IMG/VR virus record: IMGVR_UViG_2821042281_000001
Location: 1,161-65,160 of that record
Length of the DNA: 64,000 nt
Reading direction: 5' to 3' (one strand)
Source: a virus
Lineage: Duplodnaviria > Caudoviricetes
A program made the translations under genes and the position numbers. Each line of letters opens with the position of its first letter. Position 1 is the first letter of the stretch. Below, piece by piece: positions 55,182 to 62,676 of this stretch. The notes under the pieces were generated by a model. The model was not told the DNA's origin, did no database searches, and saw only the letters and a program-made list of their open reading frames with translations.

Positions 55182-56285
55182 TCAGATCACCTCAGGCAAA
55201 GATGCGGGGGATGTGGCAACGGCCAGGGATCGGCCTGCGCGCCAGATCAGGAAGTGATGCACGATCCCACGTGTCCACTGCTGGCGTGTCCACTTGACTG
55301 TCTTTTCGCGCAAAGCCTCGCGAAGCGTATAAATTGGGTTACGACGCTTTAGCATCTCACCAGTGCGGAAGGCGGTGAAGAAATGACGGATATCATCTTC
55401 ATTAGCGCCCAAGGAAAGAAGGTGGAGCGCGGCGACACCTGGTGCAGCAGACCCAAGTCCCTTCTGTGGATTTCCGATAAGGGAATTGGCAAGAACGATG
55501 TGCTCTTGGTTCTCGAAATAATAGTCCTGCGCTTCTGCAGGTGTAGCCGAGCGACCATTGTACATCTCGAACGCAAGGTTTGAGATAGCGGACATATGCA
55601 CAGCGTTAGGAATGCTTGCGATATTCAACCGATCAACGCCGGTGCGCTTGCGACCGATATTAACGGTGCGCATCGATTCCTTGGTGACGCCGTACGAGAC
55701 GACCGATTCAATTGGCTGGCCAGTCAGCAAGACGCCGAAAGTGCGATGCTGACCATCGTTCACCGTGCCGTCCTGACATACAACGATTGACTCGCCGTTT
55801 AGATCAAAGCGATGGGTTGCGATATCTCGCATAATAGCGGCAAGGTTGGCGGCATTAACGCGGCGGTTGCCGATGTTGTGCATGAGTAGGATCTGCGCTC
55901 GTTCTGGCGAAATGATATGCACATTGGCGCGAGCATCGCCATCGCGAACAAGGCGCTGATGCCATTCCGATGCCTTGGTGAATTCTGGCGATTTGCCATA
56001 GATGAAGAAACCAGTTACCTGCCCCACGTTGATCAGGCGAGCAGCAAGGCGGGCAGCGTCTTCAAACTTTCCTTCACGTACCAGGCGGAACACCTTGTCG
56101 TGTTCGGTTTCTTCAACCGCAACGAGACGTGTTGCAGCTACCTTAGGCGCATCTTCAAGAATACGCGGTTTGGCAACCGCTGCAGGTTTATGAAACAGCG
56201 CTTCCGCACGAGCCCGTTCTGGCGTGTATCTCTTGCTGCGGGTCGTTACAGGGATTTCTCGGCCTCTGGCCTGTACAATCTGCAT
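55182..56285 (-). CDS. ParB-like DGQHR-motif protein
   Basis: NRRV..NGESIV..DGQHR. Confidence 0.8.
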   Translation of the reverse strand: MQIVQARGREIPVTTRSKRYTPERARAEALFHKPAAVAKPRILEDAPKVAATRLVAVEETEHDKVFRLVREGKFEDAARLAARLINVGQVTGFFIYGKSPEFTKASEWHQRLVRDGDARANVHIISPERAQILLMHNIGNRRVNAANLAAIMRDIATHRFDLNGESIVVCQDGTVNDGQHRTFGVLLTGQPIESVVSYGVTKESMRTVNIGRKRTGVDRLNIASIPNAVHMSAISNLAFEMYNGRSATPAEAQDYYFENQEHIVLANSLIGNPQKGLGSAAPGVAALHLLSLGANEDDIRHFFTAFRTGEMLKRRNPIYTLREALREKTVKWTRQQWTRGIVHHFLIWRAGRSLAVATSPASLPEVI

Positions 56286-56318
56286 GTCATTCTCCTCATG
56301 GTTGTGTTTCAATTTTCA

Positions 56319-56623
56319 GCATGCTTATGTGTAGACGTCGGTGGGGAGCAAATAGCCACTCTGCAGCTTCGGCTGTTCTCATGTAGGGCAAGCGGCGCGT
56401 TACTGCGTTCGCTGAGAGGCGGCTTTAACCGTCAGAGCGTGGAGGTATTGGCTTATGCTGAAACCTAAGTTGGTCGCAGTTCGTGCTTATGTGCGTCTGC
56501 GATTTGGCCGCCTTGAGCATGTGTGTGCTCATTGGCGGTCGTGGCCGGGACAACTGGCCTTCGATTTCTAGGCTGGCATTACAAACCAGCTCAATCCCCA
56601 CCGACGCCTGCTAATAAGCATGC
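56319..56623. repeat. 29-bp imperfect inverted repeat (56319-56347 / 56595-56623) enclosing a small ORF
   Basis: GCATGCTTAT..CGTCGGTGGGGA vs TCCCCACCGACG..ATAAGCATGC. Confidence 0.85.
56455..56571 (+). CDS. 38-aa basic peptide ending QLAFDF (not in ORF track)
   Basis: GGAGGT SD; MLKPKLVAVRAYVRLRFGRLEHVCAHWRSWPGQLAFDF. Confidence 0.65.
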   Translation: MLKPKLVAVRAYVRLRFGRLEHVCAHWRSWPGQLAFDF

Positions 56624-56668
56624 GTCGCGCGCCACTAGCCATCTCAGGCTAGCAGCGTCCCTATTGTC

Positions 56669-56710
56669 CTACGGCGGTCGGTTGTCATTGTCTGCGGGTC
56701 TGGGGGCCAT
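56669..56710 (-). CDS. 13-aa mini-ORF MAPRPADNDNRPP, first ORF after the leftward promoter
   Basis: ACACGAGGAG at 56717-56726, 6 nt from ATG. Confidence 0.45.
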   Translation of the reverse strand: MAPRPADNDNRPP

Positions 56711-56847
56711 CTTCATCTCCTCGTGTTTTCTGGTCGGTCAGCCTTGGGTTGGTACTATCTGTCCGGTCGCGGAAGCTCCGGCTTCTCTTTGTGCAACTCA
56801 TTCTCCTTTTCTGTGCTCCGGTCTTCTTTGGGCCGGTTGATGGTTGG

Positions 56848-56944
56848 AATATATTGGGATTTATCCCATCTGTCAATGTGATTTTTCCCATTTTTGCAAA
56901 TAGGTACAAAAAATGCCGCAAACGCGGCATTGTGATTTATCACT
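56848..56944 (-). promoter_or_regulatory. Leftward promoter with three operators
   Basis: TTGACA-N17-TATATT (56876-56848); TGGGATTTATCCCA 56855, TGTGATTTTTCCCA 56877, TGTGATTTATCACT 56931. Confidence 0.85.
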
Positions 56945-56953
56945 ATAGAAGTG

Positions 56954-57568
56954 TCAGATCCGTATCCGTCGAGCCTGTCGAGGCGGCACGATAGATTCAA
57001 TGTCAGCAGCCCAAATGACCTCTTGATCGCGCATGGTTGGGCCATTCAGTGATTCCAGATCATAAAGACCTGGTCGAGACCCGCGCGTCAGCCGCTTCAA
57101 CAGCGCTCGACCATCGCTTAGCCCCACGACGACCATATCGCCAAGCATTTCGTCGGACGGGGCCAGCTTCTGATCACTATAAAAAATCAACGCCCCGTCT
57201 ACAAAAGTCCCCATGGAGTAACCCTGCACTTCGACGGCTACCGACTCTGGCCCTGCGCCGGGCGGGATAATGACATCCCCGAATCCACCGTCGCCATTTC
57301 CATAGATTATTTCACCGCTCGTATCAGCCCCGACCCGTCCTACCACTGAAGTTACTCCCGGTTCTTCCCCGATAAGATACCCGACAGTGGTATTCAGAAT
57401 GTTAGCGACCGACTTCAGAGAGTCGATTTTGGGAACGGCACCGCGATCCAAGATGTCGCGTACGAAAGTCTCGCCCATGCCGGCCTCCAGCGACAGGGCC
57501 TTCATACTCCAGCCGCCTTTTTTCATCGCGGCCCGAAATCGATCTTTGTCTATAGTGACCTGCTTCAT
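56954..57568 (-). CDS. cI: CI-like repressor (HTH plus S24 peptidase)
   Basis: Cro/CI HTH; VQGYSM, LLKRL; flanked by operators. Confidence 0.92.
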   Translation of the reverse strand: MKQVTIDKDRFRAAMKKGGWSMKALSLEAGMGETFVRDILDRGAVPKIDSLKSVANILNTTVGYLIGEEPGVTSVVGRVGADTSGEIIYGNGDGGFGDVIIPPGAGPESVAVEVQGYSMGTFVDGALIFYSDQKLAPSDEMLGDMVVVGLSDGRALLKRLTRGSRPGLYDLESLNGPTMRDQEVIWAADIESIVPPRQARRIRI

Positions 57569-57571
57569 AAA

Positions 57572-57647
57572 TGGGTTTTACCCCATCTCGTATTTTTCGT
57601 CACTTGGGAAATTTCCCATTGACTAATGTGATTTATCCCATTACATT
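57572..57647 (+). promoter_or_regulatory. Rightward promoter with three operators
   Basis: TTGACT-N17-TACATT (57619-57647); TGGGTTTTACCCCA 57572, TGGGAAATTTCCCA 57605, TGTGATTTATCCCA 57627. Confidence 0.85.
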
Positions 57648-57719
57648 TTGCACAACAGCACGAAGAAGCGACCGACGCCGATCTGCTGACCACCGACCAA
57701 AACACGAGGAGAAACCCAC

Positions 57720-57983
57720 ATGACCGCAAAAGCACCGAGAAGAAGCCCCAAAGCCCGTCCGAATGAAATCATCGGCGGCGGATTCTTTGTATTCCGCCGC
57801 GGCAAGAAGACTGGCCGCGTTGGCGTCTTCACCACCATGCCATACGAACACGGCTCGTTTGAGCAGGCCGTCGCAGAAGCTACCCGCTTAGCTGCCCTGT
57901 GCCCCGGCGAGATGTTCGAAGTTTTTCAGACGAGCGGCGCCGTAGCCTGCTGCACGCCGGTAGATCTGGCGGAGGCTGCGTAA
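57720..57983 (+). CDS. Early hypothetical protein
   Basis: ACACGAGGAG leader; EH.S...A..EA.RLA. Confidence 0.75.
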   Translation: MTAKAPRRSPKARPNEIIGGGFFVFRRGKKTGRVGVFTTMPYEHGSFEQAVAEATRLAALCPGEMFEVFQTSGAVACCTPVDLAEAA

Positions 57984-57984
57984 A

Positions 57985-58329
57985 ATGGAGCGGAACCCCA
58001 CCACCGAACTTGAGAATGCGCCTCTGTCGCGCGGACAAAAGAATATCGTCGATGCGCTGGCTGCTATTTATCCGCGCCGCATTTACATCAACGACCTCGT
58101 CGACAACGTCTATGCGTTCGATCCGAATGGCGGGCCAGACAACGCACATAATACAGTGCGAGTGCAAATCAGTCGCCTCCGCAAGCTCCTGCCCTCGTTT
58201 GGCTGGACCATCCCGATGAACCATCGGGGCGCGGGCAATCACGGGTTTTATCGCCTCGAGCCAGTAGCCGCCAACGACAACCGACCGGTAGCGGATCGGG
58301 CGGCACCAGACCGGAGGGCTGCAGCATGA
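57985..58329 (+). CDS. Stand-alone OmpR/PhoB-type winged-helix protein
   Basis: NTVRVQISRLRKLL..GFYRL. Confidence 0.8.
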   Translation: MERNPTTELENAPLSRGQKNIVDALAAIYPRRIYINDLVDNVYAFDPNGGPDNAHNTVRVQISRLRKLLPSFGWTIPMNHRGAGNHGFYRLEPVAANDNRPVADRAAPDRRAAA

Positions 58330-59258
58330 TCTCAAACAACGAAAGGGAGTTGCGGGCTGCCTTAAACCGTTCACTTTCCGATCAAGCTATGACGGCATTC
58401 CTTGCGATGCCTGATGATGAAAAGGCGCAGTTCGCCAACCGCTTCAATAATTTTTTCAGCAAAGTTTGCCGCGCTCAGTGGCGCATCGAAAGGGCTGCAG
58501 CATGAACCGCGCTTTGCTTGAACTGCTCGCCGACGACGAGTTCGAAACGGAAACCGACACACCGAAGGCCGGCAATGTCGAGCCTATGCGCCGACCTGAC
58601 TACAAGGCCAGGAAACATGGTCGCCCACAGCCGTGGCTACGTTATGCCGCCCGCGAAGCGGTCGAGATGACCGTCGTTGTAGCCTTTTGCGTTGCCGCGT
58701 GCAGCGTTGGGTTGGGGTTCTCCGCATGAGGCACGAAAGATAGCGACGGGGCGGTTAAGCCCCCGATCCTCCAAGAATGACAGCCCTTGCGCATCTAGCG
58801 CCACGGCTTTTTGCACCCACCAAAACACGAGGAGACCCTATGTCCAGATGCATCACACACGCCGTTATGGCGCCCATCCTGAACGCCGCCGAATTCCAGC
58901 AGCAAGGCACGACCGCTGCGCAGGTCCTGTCTATTTCAAAGGCAGTGCGCGCTCTTGGCTATCACTCCAAAGCTGAGACGCTACGCAACACCGCTTTCGA
59001 ACTGGCGCGCATTACTGGCGTTCGGTTCCGCTATGGGGCTCCGCGCCAGCGTCGCAATCCAGCCAATGACAACCGCCGTCGGCTGCGCGCAGCATGACTA
59101 CCGCCACCACCCGCCGCATTGACGCGGCATATCTCAACGCGCTGCGGCTTGGCCCGCAGCGTATCGGATATCCAGGCATCCCTTTGCCTGTTGCCTGTCG
59201 TCTGGCGGCAACCGGTAAGGCGCGAGTGCTTGGCAATGTCGTCGAGGTGCGCCCATGA
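58326..59258 (+). CDS. Four small early ORFs (58326-58505, 58502-58729, 58840-59097, 59094-59258)
   Basis: ATGA coupling; ACACGAGGAG leader at 58825. Confidence 0.6.
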
Positions 59259-60130
59259 CCATCATCATTTCTGACCAGGCCGTGAATATCGCCCTGAATA
59301 CTTGGTTCGGTGGTATTCCTGCGTGGCGCAACGATGCCACGGAGCGTCTCAGAACAGAGATGCGCGCCGCCCTCACCGCAGCCGCCCCTCACCTAGCAGC
59401 GGTGCGGGTGAAGAAGCTGGAGTGGGGTAATGCGCGCATAACAGAGGATGGGCGCGAAGCGGAAGACGCAGAAAGCCCAGTTGGTCGATATATCGCGACT
59501 GATACAGGCTGGTTCCTTCTCGGGCAAACAGGATACAAAGTTGAGCGCGGCTTATACCAAGCCAAAGCCGCCGCACAGGCCGACTATTCCGCTCGCATCC
59601 TCTCCGCGCTTGAGCCTTCCGGCTGCAAGACTTGCAACGGGCACGGAATTATCGGCGGCATGTACCGTGTTGGCGACGGCGATGTAGACGGATGGGAAAA
59701 ACCTTGCCCAGATTGTGAGCCATCGCCGCAAGCACAATCGTCAGAGCTAAGCCGCAGGCTAGAAGAATTCCTCAAGGAAAATGAGGATTGCTTTTTCGAC
59801 TGCGAAATTCAGACAGTCAAGGACGCCATTAGCGCCCTCGCGTCCCATCCAGTAGCGGATAAGCCCGACGAAGCGGGGGCGCAGGGGGAAGTGAAAGAGC
59901 GCATCGAGTTTCAGCGTGGATACGTTCTGGCCTGCGCAAACATCGTAAACCTGCATGGCCCTGACGTGAACGTGGCCGAAGGTTTCGCGCAACTCAACAT
60001 ATCAAGGGACGATCTGAAGCGCCTCGACTTATGCGATTACGATCAGAACGCCATCCACGCTCTTGAGGATTTCTGGGGCTTGGAAAAGCTGTATGTCCCC
60101 TCTGCACCAGCTTCGGAGGGCGCGGAATGA
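59255..60130 (+). CDS. Mosaic early protein with CxxC zinc motif
   Basis: VKKLEW..AKAAAQADY; CKTCNG..CPDC. Confidence 0.7.
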   Translation: MTIIISDQAVNIALNTWFGGIPAWRNDATERLRTEMRAALTAAAPHLAAVRVKKLEWGNARITEDGREAEDAESPVGRYIATDTGWFLLGQTGYKVERGLYQAKAAAQADYSARILSALEPSGCKTCNGHGIIGGMYRVGDGDVDGWEKPCPDCEPSPQAQSSELSRRLEEFLKENEDCFFDCEIQTVKDAISALASHPVADKPDEAGAQGEVKERIEFQRGYVLACANIVNLHGPDVNVAEGFAQLNISRDDLKRLDLCDYDQNAIHALEDFWGLEKLYVPSAPASEGAE

Positions 60131-60519
60131 GCAAGCACCTCTGGGAAGTAAATCACCCGTATTACATGTCGGAAGGGAATTATTTCTCGAACGACTGCCA
60201 TACCGAATTCAAATCGTGGGCTGAATTCCTCGATGAGTTTGGCGATAGCGATCTGGATTACAACTGGTTCGTTCGGTGGGATTGGCTTGAAGGCGAAGAT
60301 TGGGGCGCTGGAGCCTACAACGGCGACGACTATTACCGTCACGCTCGCTTCATGCTGCAATTGATCGGACAGCGCAAAGCGAAGCTGCTCTCGTTTGAAG
60401 TGGCCGTTTGCCGTGCCGATGAACCCGCCATCCTCGAATTTCTCAAACCGCGTTGGGAGTACATGCAAACCATGTGGCTGCCGCTTTCCCACCCATCAGG
60501 AGGCGACCGTCATGGCTGA
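60127..60519 (+). CDS. Hypothetical protein
   Basis: HLWEVNHPYY..VRWDW. Confidence 0.72.
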   Translation: MSKHLWEVNHPYYMSEGNYFSNDCHTEFKSWAEFLDEFGDSDLDYNWFVRWDWLEGEDWGAGAYNGDDYYRHARFMLQLIGQRKAKLLSFEVAVCRADEPAILEFLKPRWEYMQTMWLPLSHPSGGDRHG

Positions 60520-60742
60520 TCACTATGGATGGCGTGCGCAGGGCGCAATCGGTGACTATCACCTTCCGCCACGCCCATTTCTATATCGCGTCCCTGTCAT
60601 CAAGCATTTCAAATATGCCTACGACATGTGGAAACTTGATCGATGGTATTCCGCCGTCCCAGGCATTCGTACCGGATATGACGAATGGTGCCTTTACGGC
60701 TGGTGGTATGGCCTGACCATGGAGGACCGTCATGGCGAGTGA
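60512..60742 (+). CDS. Small aromatic-rich protein
   Basis: GGAGG SD; overlaps neighbours. Confidence 0.55.
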   Translation: MADHYGWRAQGAIGDYHLPPRPFLYRVPVIKHFKYAYDMWKLDRWYSAVPGIRTGYDEWCLYGWWYGLTMEDRHGE

Positions 60743-61457
60743 ACTACTGCCGTGCCCCTTCTGCGGTGGCACTGACCTTTCGTCCGGTGGCGATGATAAA
60801 TTCGTCGGTTACTTCTGCAAGACCTGTCAGGCAACAGGCCCGAACCATTACGGTTCCCGCGATTGGAACACCCGCCCCGCGCCTGCCGCTACAGATACGG
60901 GACTGAAAACAATCGGGTTTGTCCCGCCGATGTTCGTTGAAGGCAAAGGTGCGGATTACAACGACATATTCCGTAGTGTCAGCATTGCCGAAAACTACAC
61001 TGCTCTCGTCACCCGCTCGCAGGCTGTGGAGCTATTGGCGGGGCGCGATACCGTAATCGAAATGCAGGCCGACAGCATCGATAAGCTGGAAAGGAAAGTT
61101 CGGCACTGGCAGGAGCGCGACGAGAAGGCTGAGGAGCTATTGGCGGCGAAGGAAGCCGAGCGCGCCGAACAATGGCGTTTGCGCCGCGAGATGGAAGCTG
61201 ACCGCGACACACAGAAGGCCATAGCTACCAGCCTCGAAACCGAATTGGCGGCGGAACAGGCGGAGAAGGAGAAGATTGCAGCTGCGGTGAAAAAATTGGA
61301 AGCCGCATGGCGTGACCACTCACAAAAGGTTGCTACTCTCGAAGCCAAGCTCGCGGCGGCTGAAAAGGCGCTGGCGGAAGCTGATGAAGCGTTGCAGGCA
61401 GACGCCATTGCATCCGCCCATGCAGCTATCCGCGCCGTGCTGGGAGGGAAGCCATGA
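60732..61457 (+). CDS. Lar-like zinc ribbon plus coiled-coil protein
   Basis: ELLPCPFCGG..CKTC..WNTR. Confidence 0.7.
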   Translation: MASELLPCPFCGGTDLSSGGDDKFVGYFCKTCQATGPNHYGSRDWNTRPAPAATDTGLKTIGFVPPMFVEGKGADYNDIFRSVSIAENYTALVTRSQAVELLAGRDTVIEMQADSIDKLERKVRHWQERDEKAEELLAAKEAERAEQWRLRREMEADRDTQKAIATSLETELAAEQAEKEKIAAAVKKLEAAWRDHSQKVATLEAKLAAAEKALAEADEALQADAIASAHAAIRAVLGGKP

Positions 61458-62676
61458 TCGATCCAACTGAGCGCATAGTTGCTGCTGCCGTCTATCACGG
61501 TGCAACGATCAGCCTGCCTCCGCCAGCTCGTCATGACACGATCCTCAAGTCCATGCTCTTCGTCATGGGATTTGAAGACGCTCTTGTCCCTCACGACAAG
61601 CAGGGCTTCCTGACTTCAACGGGACGGTTCGTCAATCGGGTTGAAGGGTATCACATCGCCTATCGAGCCAAGCAGCTGATCGCAAATACAGCCGGACGTC
61701 CAGAGCTTTATTCGGAGGATTTGTGGTGACCCACGATGAACTCATCGAGAAGGTGGCTAAGGCGATAAACGGTCCCTTCCGTTCTCTACCGGAAGGATCG
61801 CCGCACACGTTGGAGCAACTTCGTGATATCCGTTGGACGCAGATCAATGGCATGGAGCGAAATCTGTGCTTGGCAAGCGCAAAAGCCGCCATCTCCAACA
61901 TCTACGCCGCTCTACAGGAGCCGACAGAGGCGATGAAAGAGGCTTGGGACTTGGATACGGGGCGGTGGATTTCCGAAGAAATAGAAGACCCATACCACCC
62001 TTGGCGCGTCATGCTCGCCGCATCCTGCCTGTCGCCAAGCCCTGAAAGGCGGTGAGTGAGATGAAGCTGGATCGTGAATGGAGACTTGTTTGGAAGCCCA
62101 TGAATGAGATCATGGACAGCGTTACGATCAAGGCTGGCGTCCGCTTGAACGCCAGCTTGAAAGATCGCGTCGACTGGCTGATATCCAAAGCCGAGATAAA
62201 TCCTGAAATGGAACTTCAGTATTTCGAAGCAGGCCGCGCCGCACTGCGGGAAAGGGAGTGAGGATGTCAGCGCGAGACTACAAGCGAGTATTTATCGTCA
62301 TCGCGACGCTCGTAGCCATATACCTCGCCTACCAGCAGATTCCGCACATTCACATCGGAGAGCGTGCGCAAGGCAGCTACGAGGGCGGCATCGCATCTGA
62401 CGAGGATGTTTCAAAATCGGTTCGAGAGGCGCAGGAAGCCGCGGATAAGGCAAGCCGTGCCGGCCCGGCAGAAAGCAGCAAGTAATGGCGTCATACACCT
62501 TTGCTGACACCGAACGATGGTTGGACGCCATAGCCGGTGTGATTGCCTGCTTTCCGGAAACAGAGCAGAATCTCCTGCCACTTTATGAGCGCGTGGAACG
62601 AATGCAGCGCAGTCTGGCTGCAAACGATAATATTCGCGACCGCATCAAATCACGGCTGCGTCGAACGGCAGCGTGA
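61454..62676 (+). CDS. Five small early ORFs (61454-61729, 61726-62055, 62052-62261, 62264-62485, 62485-62676)
   Basis: Chain of coupled ORFs converging on the integrase. Confidence 0.65.

Noticed and set aside
56319-56623. Retron ncRNA or IS/MITE
   Set aside because: No reverse transcriptase or transposase in the window and no evident target-site duplication
4147-58505. C-terminal AA endings alone as proof of degrons
   Set aside because: Many can arise from SD plus ATGA overlaps (GAGGCGGCATGA reads EAA*); only the ANDN-linked cases were counted
62485-62676. Excisionase call for the ORF converging on the integrase
   Set aside because: Position fits but no recognisable HTH/AlpA motif
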